Notes: generated from the letters alone by a model not told the origin. A stretch of 64,000 nucleotides of DNA from an uncultured Clostridia bacterium (GCA_944384535.1 CALWTS010000005.1:9870-73869); one strand, 5' to 3'. Shown: positions 35,350 through 44,804, counted from the first letter of the stretch. Program-made: numbers and translations.

Positions 35350-36576
35350 ATGACAAAGAAAGAATATATATTACATTTAACAAACTTAATTGTAAATAAA
35401 GTAAAATTTTTATCTCCAAATTTAAATGAAAATAAGATTGATTATGAATTATTAAATGCTGTTGGAGTTGATGTTTCGTATCCAATTTTTATATTTAATA
35501 AACCATTAAATAAATTCTTTTATAGAGCATTTTTGTTAGCAAAAAAACAAGTAGATTTTAATTTAATTTTATTTAAAAATCCTATTGTTTCATTAAAAAA
35601 AATAAAAAGATTAAATAAAACTTTTATTTTTTTAGAAAATGAAATTGGTTCAAATTTATATTATACATTAGATGCTTTAAATATTAATTACATTGTTCAT
35701 TCAAATTATGAAAAAAATTTAAATGGCGAATATATAAAAATAAACAATTCTAAAATTGATTTTGATTATTATCCTTTTTATTATTTCAAGAAAATTATAA
35801 AAGATGGTATTATTATTGATATAAAAAGTTTTATTTTAAATGGTAAAAATTTTATTTTAAATTTAGTAAATACACGACAAAAAGTTAGTAATTTAATACT
35901 GGAAGTTAATATTCCATTACCAAGAGGATATTATTATTTTAAAAGAAATGTTGACAATATTTTTATTCAGAATTTAACAAATAAAGAGATTGCTTATTTT
36001 AATTATTTTTTTAAAAATGCAAAAATAAATTTTTCTTCAATAAGTGGTATAGAAAGTTCTACTTTTGCTTGTATCAATTTAAAAGTAGAAATATCTTTAT
36101 TACCAAAACAAGTAAAACATTATTATTTTAACTTTGGTACTAACAAATATTGTTTATTTAATTATAAAGATATGGAAGATTTTTTTAAAATATCTCAACA
36201 AAAAATGAATGAAATTTTTGATATAAAAATAAATTCTAATGATAAGCAACTAGACTGCTTGTTTAATCTTTCTTTGCCCCGAAAAATATGGGAAAAATGG
36301 CAAAATTTTGATTTTGATGATGAAAGTGAAAATGAATGGTTAAAAATTAAAAATAAGATAATTTTAAAAAGTGATAAAGGGGAACAAATTAATTCCTTGT
36401 TCAAAGGTTTAAAAGAAGTCAGTTTCTACCGAAATTTAGGGTGGAAAAGGGTTTTTATTATTCATAATAATTCTTGTTATTTATATGCGGATAATATAAA
36501 ATATTTTAATTATACTTTGTTAACAAAAGAGATATTTAAACAAAATAATGAAATTTACTTGTCTTTTGCTAATTAG
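35350..36576 (+). CDS. Hypothetical protein (408 aa), extremely N/K/I/F/Y-rich orphan
   Basis: Uninterrupted 1.2-kb ORF in very AT-rich DNA. No motif I recognise and no TM or signal sequence. It ends 15 nt before the rarA ORF. Confidence 0.5.
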   Translation: MTKKEYILHLTNLIVNKVKFLSPNLNENKIDYELLNAVGVDVSYPIFIFNKPLNKFFYRAFLLAKKQVDFNLILFKNPIVSLKKIKRLNKTFIFLENEIGSNLYYTLDALNINYIVHSNYEKNLNGEYIKINNSKIDFDYYPFYYFKKIIKDGIIIDIKSFILNGKNFILNLVNTRQKVSNLILEVNIPLPRGYYYFKRNVDNIFIQNLTNKEIAYFNYFFKNAKINFSSISGIESSTFACINLKVEISLLPKQVKHYYFNFGTNKYCLFNYKDMEDFFKISQQKMNEIFDIKINSNDKQLDCLFNLSLPRKIWEKWQNFDFDDESENEWLKIKNKIILKSDKGEQINSLFKGLKEVSFYRNLGWKRVFIIHNNSCYLYADNIKYFNYTLLTKEIFKQNNEIYLSFAN

Positions 36577-36591
36577 TGTTGTAAAATACCT

Positions 36592-37866
36592 GTGACTATG
36601 GATGAAAAAAGAGTTCCTTTAGCTGAAAAGATGCGACCTACAAAATTTGATGATTTTGTGGGACAAGAACACATTGTGAGCAAAAATTCTTTATTATATA
36701 GAGCTATCAAATTTAATACACTTGGTAGTTGTATTTTTTTTGGACCTCCTGGAACTGGAAAAACAACATTAGCAAATATTATTGCTAATACATTAAAGGC
36801 TAAATATGTTAAATTAAACGCAGTAACAAGTGGTGTTAGTGATGCAAAACAAGTTATCGAGAGAGCTAGAGCAGATAAAGCTTTAATGGGTACCGATACT
36901 TTTCTTATTCTTGATGAATGTCATAGATGGAGTAAAGCACAATCAGATTGTGTACTTGAAGCAATAGAAGATGGTTCAATTTATTTTATTGGAACTACAA
37001 CTGAAAATCCTTATACTTCTATGACAAGGGCAATTGTATCACGTTGTCGAGTTTTTGAATTTAAACCTCTTAGTAGTGGTGATATAAAAAAAGCTTTAAA
37101 AAAGGCTTTGATTGATAAAGAAAAAGGTTTAGGTCTACTTAATGTTCAATGTGATGAAGATGCTTTAGATTATTTTGTATATGCCAGTGGTGGTGATTTG
37201 CGAAATGCTTTAAATTCTTTAGAATTAGCTGTAATGACTACACCAATGAATAGAACTAAAATTATTCATGTCAATATTGAAATAGCAAAACAATCAACAG
37301 ATAAAAAAGCCTTATCCATGGATGAAAATATGTACTATGACTTTCTTTCAGCTTTTTGTAAAAGTATTAGAGGAAGTGATGATGAAGCTGCTTTATACTA
37401 TAGTCAACGTCTTATCAAAGCTGGTTGCGATCCTATGATTATTGCTAGAAGACTTGTTGCTCATTGTTCGGAAGACATAGGAATGGCTGACTCTAATGCA
37501 TTATTATTAGCAGTTAGTGCTATGTATGCTCTTGAAAAAATGGGATTACCAGAGGGATTAATACCTTTAACTCATGCTATAATATACGCGTGCGAAGCTG
37601 AAAAATCAAATTCTGTAATTGTTGCATTACATAAAGCAGAAGATGATGCTTTAAATTTTACAGATAATAAAGTTCCTAATCACTTAAAGAATCATCCTAG
37701 CACTAATAAAGATGGGCATGGTAAATATAAATATCCTCATGATTTTGGAGGATATGTTAAACAGCAATATTTACCAGATTCACTAAAAGATAGAATTTAT
37801 TATCAACCTAGCAAAAATGGAAAAGAAAAAAATTTAATTAGAAAAAAATTTCGGGGAGATTTTTAA
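36592..37866 (+). CDS. rarA: Replication-associated recombination protein A (RarA/MgsA AAA+ ATPase)
   Basis: PLAEKMRPTKFDDFVGQEHI, Walker A GPPGTGKTT, Walker B LDECHRW, sensor TENPY..., and C-terminal YLPD..YY. The start is GTG 36592 or ATG 36598. Confidence 0.9.
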   Translation: MTMDEKRVPLAEKMRPTKFDDFVGQEHIVSKNSLLYRAIKFNTLGSCIFFGPPGTGKTTLANIIANTLKAKYVKLNAVTSGVSDAKQVIERARADKALMGTDTFLILDECHRWSKAQSDCVLEAIEDGSIYFIGTTTENPYTSMTRAIVSRCRVFEFKPLSSGDIKKALKKALIDKEKGLGLLNVQCDEDALDYFVYASGGDLRNALNSLELAVMTTPMNRTKIIHVNIEIAKQSTDKKALSMDENMYYDFLSAFCKSIRGSDDEAALYYSQRLIKAGCDPMIIARRLVAHCSEDIGMADSNALLLAVSAMYALEKMGLPEGLIPLTHAIIYACEAEKSNSVIVALHKAEDDALNFTDNKVPNHLKNHPSTNKDGHGKYKYPHDFGGYVKQQYLPDSLKDRIYYQPSKNGKEKNLIRKKFRGDF

Positions 37867-37867
37867 T

Positions 37868-38932
37868 ATGTTTGGCTTTAGAAATGATGGGAAAAAAGTT
37901 AAAAATATGAATATAATTGACAAAGCAGAGCCTTTTTTTATGCCTCAAAGGATTGATGCTGTAAATTATGTAACAATAAAAATTCCTTGTGATAAAATGG
38001 ATGAATTTATTGTTAGAGAAAGAAGAAGTGGAAATAGTTATAATTACATGCATTTAATAATTGCTACTATTGTTAGAGTTTTATACACAAGGGAAAAATT
38101 AAATCGTTTTATTATGAGAGGATCTATTTATCAAAGAAACACAATAAGTGTTTCTATGGACATTAAAAAGAAACTTGAAGATGATGGTGAACAGGTTACA
38201 CTTAAATTTTATTTTACTGGCAGAGAAAATTTACAACAAATTAAACAAATAGTTGATAATGAAATTGAAAAGAATTTAAAAAATGATGAAGTACATACTA
38301 CAACCAAAGCAGCAGGAAAGTTAGTAAAACTTCCCGACTTTTTATTTAGGTGGGCGATGGCTATTATACGTTGGGCTGATAGACATGGTTTATTAACAAA
38401 ATCTTTAATTAATGCTAGTCCTTTTCATACCAGTTGTTTTCTTACAAATTTGAAATCAATAAAACTTGGTCATATTTATCACCATTTGTATAATTTCGGA
38501 ACTACATCTATGTTTATTTCTATGGGAAAAGAGAAAATCGAACCATTTGTTGAAAATAATAAAGAAATTAAACTTGGAAAATTCTTGAATTTAGGAATTT
38601 CTTTAGATGAAAGAATTGCTGATGGATTATACATGGGAAAAAGTTTGAAATTGTTAAAAGATTTAATAACTAATCCGGATAATTTAAATATTGAAATGCC
38701 AGAAGATGGAACTATTCCTAAAAAATTAATAAAGAAAAAAGCTAAAAAAGAAAAAAAATTAAAAAAGAAAGAAGCTAAAACGATTAAAAAAGAGGAAGAA
38801 AAAAAGAAGAAAAAAATAAAACCAATTAAGAACAAACAAAAATATGAAGAAAAATTAAGAAAGTCAAAAAAGAAAAAAGAAAAATTTATATCTTTTGAAG
38901 ATGGATTAGATTCAAAAAATAATGATTTGTGA
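37868..38932 (+). CDS. 2-oxoacid dehydrogenase E2 / CAT-fold acyltransferase homologue with the catalytic His replaced and a poly-lysine C-terminal tail
   Basis: LGISLDERIADGLYMGKSLKLLKDLITNP parallels the E2 catalytic motif SLSxDHRxxDGaxaaxFLxxLkxxLExP. About 70 C-terminal residues are K/E-rich (KKLIKKKAKKEKKLKKKEAK...). Confidence 0.5.
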   Translation: MFGFRNDGKKVKNMNIIDKAEPFFMPQRIDAVNYVTIKIPCDKMDEFIVRERRSGNSYNYMHLIIATIVRVLYTREKLNRFIMRGSIYQRNTISVSMDIKKKLEDDGEQVTLKFYFTGRENLQQIKQIVDNEIEKNLKNDEVHTTTKAAGKLVKLPDFLFRWAMAIIRWADRHGLLTKSLINASPFHTSCFLTNLKSIKLGHIYHHLYNFGTTSMFISMGKEKIEPFVENNKEIKLGKFLNLGISLDERIADGLYMGKSLKLLKDLITNPDNLNIEMPEDGTIPKKLIKKKAKKEKKLKKKEAKTIKKEEEKKKKKIKPIKNKQKYEEKLRKSKKKKEKFISFEDGLDSKNNDL

Positions 38933-38985
38933 AAATATTGTTTGTATTATTTAAAAAATATAGTACAATAATAATGGAGGGTGGT

Positions 38986-39312
38986 ATGAAATCAGTTTTG
39001 TATTTTATTTTAGCTGTTTTAACGATTATTTATATTGGATTTTTATGTTACGTTAATATAGCCGGTTTAGAAGAAATAAGCCAAGTTTTGAACTACGTCG
39101 CTATTTATGGCGGTTTAGTTATTGCTTTAGCATATGCTGCAATAAACTTCTTTGGTAATCCTTTAAAAACTGTTTTCTTTATTTTATTAATATTATCTGT
39201 CATTATACTAATCTTAACTATTGCAATGCCTGATGTATTTAGAGGTCTCTTTGGTATGGTTAAAGATGAATCTACAGAAACTCAAGCGATATTTAATATG
39301 ATTCGTTTGTAA
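38986..39312 (+). CDS. Small membrane protein (108 aa, 3 TM segments)
   Basis: ATG 38986 follows GGAGGG (38977-38982). The track start at 38929 has no RBS. Confidence 0.5.
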   Translation: MKSVLYFILAVLTIIYIGFLCYVNIAGLEEISQVLNYVAIYGGLVIALAYAAINFFGNPLKTVFFILLILSVIILILTIAMPDVFRGLFGMVKDESTETQAIFNMIRL

Positions 39313-39345
39313 TTTTAATAATATTGACTTAAAAAAGGGTGTTTA

Positions 39346-41844
39346 ATGGATAAATTTTTGATTGTAGATGGAAATAGTATTGCAAATAGAGCATTTTATG
39401 CTCTTCCTTTTTTATCTAACCATGATGGAAAACCATCGGGAGCTGTTTTTGGATTTGCTAACATTTTGTTAAAAATAATTCAACAGGAAAAACCATCACA
39501 TATTCTCATAGCATTCGATCATGCAAGAAAAACTTTTAGAAACAGTTTATATCATGATTATAAAATGCAGAGAAAACCAACACCTCAAGAGTTGATTGTT
39601 CAATTTCCTTATATAAAAAAAATGCTTAAAACAATGAAAATAGAAGTTATGGAATCAGCAGGTATTGAAGCAGATGACATAATTGGGACCGCATCAAAAT
39701 TGTTTTCAGGTGATAAAATTATCCTTTCGGGAGATAGGGATTTATTACAATTAATTGATGATGATACAAGTGTTTGGTTGACAAAAAAGGGTGTTAGTGA
39801 GGTTGAAAAAGTAGATAACAACAATATTATTTCGTTATTTCATTTAAAGCCATCTCAAATTATTGATTTTAAAGCTTTAATGGGGGATCAATCTGACAAT
39901 ATTCCTGGAGTGAAAGGAGTAGGAGAAAAAACAGCTTTATTATTATTGGAAGAGTATAAAACTTTGGAAAATGTTTATTCAAATATTAATAACATAAAAG
40001 GAAAGTTAAAAGAAAAATTATTAGAAGATAAGGAAATGGCTTTTTTATCTAAACAGTTGGCTACTATAAAAAGAGATTGTGATATCGATTTTGATAAAGA
40101 TAAGTGTACTTTAGATTTTCCTTTTGGAAATGAAACATTAGATTTTTTTACGGAATTTGATTTTTCTTCATTAATTAAAAATATTAATATTTTCAAATCT
40201 TCTAGTGGCACAACTTTAGAACGCGAAGCTATAAGAGAAGTCCTAACGATGGATGTGCTAGAAATTATAAATAATTCATCGATTTCATGTTTTTGTTATG
40301 ATTTATTAAATTTGCAATTTTTTTTTAATAATAAAGTTTATTACCTTGAACATAATTATGGGATATTTGAAAATAATTTATCTGTTGAAGATGTTTGTAT
40401 AAAATTGAAAAGAATATTTGAAAATGAAAATATTTTAAAAATAACTTATAATTCTAAAGAAGATATGCATTTATTAAAAAATTTTAACATTTCGCTTAAT
40501 AATTATTTTGATATATCTATTGCCGAATATATTTTATATGCGGGGAATAATCTTCCTAGAGAAAAGGTTTCTTTAGAAAAATATGAAAACGAGATGAAAA
40601 AGTTAGAATCATTAATTAAATTTTCAAACCTGACTTTTATATATTATGAAATTGAAAAGCCGTTAACCCAAATTCTATTTACAATGGAAGAAAATGGTTT
40701 TAAAATAAATGAAAGTAAATTAGATTTACTAATAGATGATTTTAATGAAAAAATAAAAAAACTAACCAAGGAAATTTATTTACAAGCAAATGAAGAATTT
40801 AATATTAACTCTCCAAAACAGGTTGCAAATATACTTTTTGGTAAGTTAGGAATTAAATCATATAATAATAAAAAACAATCAACAAGTGCAGATATTTTAG
40901 ATGATTTAAGATTTATACCTATTGTTAATAATATTTTATTGTATAGAAAATATTCAAAAATAAAAAACACATATCTAGATGTTTATAAAAAAATTTGTAA
41001 ATCTTGTGGTAATATTATTCATACAACATTTAATCAAACTTTAACTAGTACTGGTAGATTGTCTAGTAGTGAACCAAATCTTCAAAATATTCCAACAAGA
41101 GATGATGAAGGAAAAAACTTAAGACGTATATTTGTTTCTAAATTTAATAATGGAATGATTATATCTGCTGACTATAACCAAATTGAACTTAGATTACTTG
41201 CAGATATGTCAGGTGAAGAAAAATTAATAGAAGCTTATAAAAATGGTGAAGATATACACAAAATTACCGCATCGCATATTTTTAATGTAAAATTAGATGA
41301 AGTAACAGAATATCAAAGAAGAGAAGCGAAAGCTGTAAATTTTGGTATTATATATGGTATAAGTGACTATGGGTTATCTCAAAATATAAAAAGTACAAGA
41401 GCACAGGCAAAAGAATATATAAATTCTTATTTTGAGAGATATCCCAAAGTTAAGAATTTTATGGAGAATAACGTATCAGTTGCTAAAAAAAATGGATATG
41501 CCATTACTAAATTTGGTAGAATAAGAAAAATACCTGAATTAAATTCCTCTAAATATCAAACTAAAATGTTTGGAGAGAGAGTGGCAATGAATATGCCTCT
41601 GCAAGGTACTGCTTCTGACATTATTAAACTCGCTATGATTAAAGTTTTTAATTCATTTAAAAAACATAATCTTAAAAGTCAATTAATTTTACAAATTCAT
41701 GACGAACTGATTATAGATGCTTTTCCTGGAGAAGAAGAAAAAGTTGTTAATATTTTAAAAAGAGAAATGGAAAATGTAACATCACTGAAAGTACCCCTAA
41801 TTGTTTCTGTTACATCAGGGAAAAGTTTGTTTGAATGTAAATAA
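39346..41844 (+). CDS. polA: DNA polymerase I
   Basis: 832 aa. 5'-nuclease domain (LIVDGNSIANRAFYA, GDRDLLQL, GDQSDNIPGVKGVGEKTA) and polymerase motifs ADYNQIELRLLA, RREAKAVNFGIIYG, LQIHDELI. Confidence 0.95.
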   Translation: MDKFLIVDGNSIANRAFYALPFLSNHDGKPSGAVFGFANILLKIIQQEKPSHILIAFDHARKTFRNSLYHDYKMQRKPTPQELIVQFPYIKKMLKTMKIEVMESAGIEADDIIGTASKLFSGDKIILSGDRDLLQLIDDDTSVWLTKKGVSEVEKVDNNNIISLFHLKPSQIIDFKALMGDQSDNIPGVKGVGEKTALLLLEEYKTLENVYSNINNIKGKLKEKLLEDKEMAFLSKQLATIKRDCDIDFDKDKCTLDFPFGNETLDFFTEFDFSSLIKNINIFKSSSGTTLEREAIREVLTMDVLEIINNSSISCFCYDLLNLQFFFNNKVYYLEHNYGIFENNLSVEDVCIKLKRIFENENILKITYNSKEDMHLLKNFNISLNNYFDISIAEYILYAGNNLPREKVSLEKYENEMKKLESLIKFSNLTFIYYEIEKPLTQILFTMEENGFKINESKLDLLIDDFNEKIKKLTKEIYLQANEEFNINSPKQVANILFGKLGIKSYNNKKQSTSADILDDLRFIPIVNNILLYRKYSKIKNTYLDVYKKICKSCGNIIHTTFNQTLTSTGRLSSSEPNLQNIPTRDDEGKNLRRIFVSKFNNGMIISADYNQIELRLLADMSGEEKLIEAYKNGEDIHKITASHIFNVKLDEVTEYQRREAKAVNFGIIYGISDYGLSQNIKSTRAQAKEYINSYFERYPKVKNFMENNVSVAKKNGYAITKFGRIRKIPELNSSKYQTKMFGERVAMNMPLQGTASDIIKLAMIKVFNSFKKHNLKSQLILQIHDELIIDAFPGEEEKVVNILKREMENVTSLKVPLIVSVTSGKSLFECK

Positions 41845-41957
41845 ACATATATTAACTGTTTATTTTGATGTTTAAGTATTTATAATTTTATATGGGCAAC
41901 TGTTGTAATTTAATTGACTTAAAAATTTAATTTTAGTATACTCATATCGGAGATGTA

Positions 41958-42374
41958 ATGCAAAAACATAGAAAAATGGGAGTTGATTATGGTGATAAAC
42001 GCATAGGAATAGCATTAACTGATGCTTTGTGTATTATATCTAGTCCTTTTGAAGTCTATAAAAATGTAGGAGAAGAGGATGCTCTTAATCACTTAAATAA
42101 AATCATTAAGGATTATGATGTTGATGAAGTTGCAATTGGTTTACCTATTAATATGGATGGTACTGAAGGAGAAAGGGCTTTGATTCACAGAAGTTTTGGT
42201 GAAAAATTAAAGAAACTCTCAAATGTGAAAGTTGTTTTTATTGATGAGCGCTTAACCTCGGCAGAAGCAGAAGATCTTTTGATTTCGAGTGGTGTTAGAA
42301 GGGAAAAGCGAAAGGAACTCATTGATAAAATTGCTGCACAAATAATTTTGCAGACACACATTAATAATTTATAA
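41958..42374 (+). CDS. ruvX: Putative pre-16S rRNA nuclease / Holliday-junction-resolvase-like YqgF
   Basis: MGVDYGDKRIGIALTD, GLPINMDGTEGE, DERLTSAEAE. Confidence 0.9.
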   Translation: MQKHRKMGVDYGDKRIGIALTDALCIISSPFEVYKNVGEEDALNHLNKIIKDYDVDEVAIGLPINMDGTEGERALIHRSFGEKLKKLSNVKVVFIDERLTSAEAEDLLISSGVRREKRKELIDKIAAQIILQTHINNL

Positions 42375-42387
42375 AAAGGGGAATTTT

Positions 42388-42831
42388 ATGGAAGAAAAGA
42401 TAGTAAATAAAAATGAAAATCAAGCACAACCATTAGACTTGTTAGACGTTTTGTTTGATTCAGAGAATAGAGATCCTATTGTTCTTATGGATGAAAGCGG
42501 AAAGCAAATGACATTTAGACAAGTTGCCGTTATACCTTATGAAGTTAGAAAAGAAAAAAGAGTTTATTGTGTTTTGGCACCTATGGATAAGATTGATGGA
42601 ATTGCTGAAGATGAAGCTATTGTATTTTTAGTTGACACAGATGATAAGGGTAATTCAATTATCAGAATTGAAGAAGATGAAGAAATTGCAATTGCTGTTT
42701 TTGATAAATATTATGATTTATTAGAAAAATCACACGAAGAAGAAAAAGCACAAGCACAAGCTGCTAAAGAAACTACTAAAAAAGCAAAAGTTACTGGTAA
42801 GGTTGCTGGAAATAAGAATAAAAAAGAATAA
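42388..42831 (+). CDS. DUF1292 (UPF0473, YrzB-like) protein
   Basis: DESGKQMTFRQVAVIPY...YCVLAP layout. It lies directly after ruvX, matching the B. subtilis yrrK-yrzB arrangement. Basic C-terminal tail. Confidence 0.75.
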   Translation: MEEKIVNKNENQAQPLDLLDVLFDSENRDPIVLMDESGKQMTFRQVAVIPYEVRKEKRVYCVLAPMDKIDGIAEDEAIVFLVDTDDKGNSIIRIEEDEEIAIAVFDKYYDLLEKSHEEEKAQAQAAKETTKKAKVTGKVAGNKNKKE

Positions 42832-42937
42832 AAGAAGAACAATTATGTTCTTTTTTTATTTAAAATGTATAAAAGTATTAATAAAAAGACATAATCTTAT
42901 TACAAGGATTTAAACCTTGTAATGGGAGGTGAAAACT

Positions 42938-43078
42938 ATGTTTGGAAAAAATTCCAAAATGGGACAAAATGCTAAAAAAGGCAAAATGTCTAAATCTTCA
43001 AAAGCGGTAGAAGCGGCTGAAGAGGCAAGAGGATGCAACTCAAAAAGTAGTTCATCAACAAAAAATTGTGGTAAGTAG
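42938..43078 (+). CDS. Small basic K/S-rich protein (46 aa), unannotated
   Basis: Absent from the ORF track. Strong SD GGGAGGTG (42924-42931) 6 nt before the ATG. It reads MFGKNSKMGQNAKKGKMSKSSKAVEAAEEARGCNSKSSSSTKNCGK, and a strong terminator follows immediately. Confidence 0.4.
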   Translation: MFGKNSKMGQNAKKGKMSKSSKAVEAAEEARGCNSKSSSSTKNCGK

Positions 43079-43083
43079 TTTTC

Positions 43084-43128
43084 AACTAAAAAAAGAAGAA
43101 GTGATATTACTTCTTCTTTTTTTTAGTT
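43084..43128. terminator. Long bidirectional terminator
   Basis: AACTAAAAAAAGAAGAAGT / ACTTCTTCTTTTTTTTAGTT forms a stem of about 19 bp with one bulge and loop GATATT. It lies between the small ORF (+) and the lipoprotein gene (-). Confidence 0.75.
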
Positions 43129-43869
43129 GTTATACATTGTTGAATTCAGTTTTTGAAATGTTATTGTAATTTGTGTTTGTACATCAAAAATATTTAAATT
43201 TTCAGTAAGTAGTGCTGTACCATTAGAATTAAACAAGTCTTTATTTAAAATAGTCGTGAAAGTTACAGAATATTCTGTTTCAGCACCAGAAGATTGTTGC
43301 ATGTTTAAATTTACTTTAATCATATATTCATAATTAGAACCAGCACTTCCAAAATACACTACATTTTTATTAGAGGTAAAATATTCTTCTATATTTGCAT
43401 AACTACCAATTTCTAAAGATGCAAAATTACTGCTTCCACTGTTAATTCTAGCATATTGTATCTCATAATTTATTGTAGTCATATTTTCTAACGAAAAATT
43501 AATTTTATTTATTGAGGCGAACATCATTTTACTTTGGGAAGTTTCGGAAAATACTGCTGTATAATTTCCTGCGTTTTCACTATTGTAAGTTAAACTTAGC
43601 TGATTATTAGTAGATACTACTGTTTTATAATCTTTTATCCAACAAATAAAAGGATTTGTAAAAGCGGTAGATTGTTTTTCTACTGCCAATAAATTTATTT
43701 GAGTTCCTTCTGACAATTTTTCATTATTAAAAGCTCCTTGAATTGTTCCTAAATTAGAGTCACTAGGTAATGCGGTTATTAAATACTGAGCAGGAGAAGT
43801 GCAGGCTGAAAGTATAACCATCGGACAAATTAACAATAAAATTAGTAAAATCTTTATTGATTTTTTCAT
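43123..43869 (-). CDS. Lipoprotein, possibly with an InlB B-repeat-like beta domain
   Basis: Signal peptide with lipobox MVILSAC-TSP. LGTIQGAFNNEKLSEGTQINLLAVEKQ..FICWIKDYKTVVSTNNQLSLTY..NYTAVF fits the G.v.G...y.eGt.v.l.A....F..W......vs pattern. Confidence 0.55.
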   Translation of the reverse strand: MKKSIKILLILLLICPMVILSACTSPAQYLITALPSDSNLGTIQGAFNNEKLSEGTQINLLAVEKQSTAFTNPFICWIKDYKTVVSTNNQLSLTYNSENAGNYTAVFSETSQSKMMFASINKINFSLENMTTINYEIQYARINSGSSNFASLEIGSYANIEEYFTSNKNVVYFGSAGSNYEYMIKVNLNMQQSSGAETEYSVTFTTILNKDLFNSNGTALLTENLNIFDVQTQITITFQKLNSTMYNN

Positions 43870-43996
43870 TTCTAACCTCTTTTATTAATAGTATTATCAA
43901 TATTTTTTTATTATTTGTCAAATTATTTGGTTTAAATTTAAAATAATAAGTGTATTTTTTATAACCTTGCATAGAATATGCTTGTAAGGAGTTTTT

Positions 43997-44764
43997 ATGT
44001 GGGAATTTTCTCTTAACTTAAAGTCTGAAAATTTTAATTTGGCAAAAAAGATTTTTTTATCACTTAATAATTTTATCTCAAAAATAGATGGTGTTGTAAC
44101 TTCACATGAGGAACAAGAATATATAAGTATTTTAATTGCTATTAAAGAAAAAGATATTGTAAAGGTGCAAGCATATATTTCAGATTGTGTTGTAGAAAGT
44201 ATTTGTAGTGATTTTAAAATGAAATATTTAGATAAATATTTGATTCTCCCTGAATATGATAAAATAGGAATGATTGCTTTTAAAAAAGCTTTATTAAATT
44301 TTGATAAAGAAACGGATAAATTTATTGTTCGTAAAAATTTAAATCTTGAAAAGGATGTATTTTTAGAGTCGTTTTATTATTTTAAATTAAAATCTTTACA
44401 AGAAAAATGGGCTGAACTTGTTTCTTTATCCAATGAAAATAGAGATTATTTGTTATCATCAGAAAGTTTTGTTGATTTATTAAAGTTTTTAGTTGATAAT
44501 TTAGATATAGAAGAAGATGAAATTAGTGTTGTAAAAGAAGATGGAGGGTATAGAATTTATATTGAAAACAACAATTTGTTTTCGAACAAACTAATAAGTG
44601 AAGAAAGTATTGTTTCATCGGTTATAGATTTATGTCCTCAGAAAATTAATTTGTATTTTAATGAATCTAGCAAAGCGACGAATTTGCTCGAAAAAATTTT
44701 TAAAGAAAGAATTACAATTAATAATTCTTCTTTAAAAAATATAAAAAATTTTCACATAAATTAA
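43997..44764 (+). CDS. YtxC-like protein (putative sporulation protein)
   Basis: 255 aa, immediately upstream of the thrS T-box leader, matching the B. subtilis ytxC-thrS arrangement. The call rests on size and synteny only. Confidence 0.45.
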   Translation: MWEFSLNLKSENFNLAKKIFLSLNNFISKIDGVVTSHEEQEYISILIAIKEKDIVKVQAYISDCVVESICSDFKMKYLDKYLILPEYDKIGMIAFKKALLNFDKETDKFIVRKNLNLEKDVFLESFYYFKLKSLQEKWAELVSLSNENRDYLLSSESFVDLLKFLVDNLDIEEDEISVVKEDGGYRIYIENNNLFSNKLISEESIVSSVIDLCPQKINLYFNESSKATNLLEKIFKERITINNSSLKNIKNFHIN

Positions 44765-44772
44765 ATTTAAGA

Positions 44773-44801
44773 TTGACAAATAAAAAAAAGATTGCTAAAA
44801 T
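44773..44801 (+). promoter_or_regulatory. Sigma-A promoter candidate for the thrS leader
   Basis: TTGACA (44773-44778), 17-nt spacer, TAAAAT (44796-44801). Confidence 0.55.
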
Positions 44802-44804
44802 TAG

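Noticed and set aside
38700-38930. A-rich repetitive DNA that looks like a tandem repeat or microsatellite
   Set aside because: It is in frame with the E2-like CDS and translates to a K/E-rich tail. It has no regular repeat unit or spacer structure, so it is a coding low-complexity tract rather than a repeat element or CRISPR.
38929-38985. N-terminal extension of the small membrane protein
   Set aside because: GGAGGG precedes ATG 38986. The upstream part overlaps the preceding gene and has no SD.
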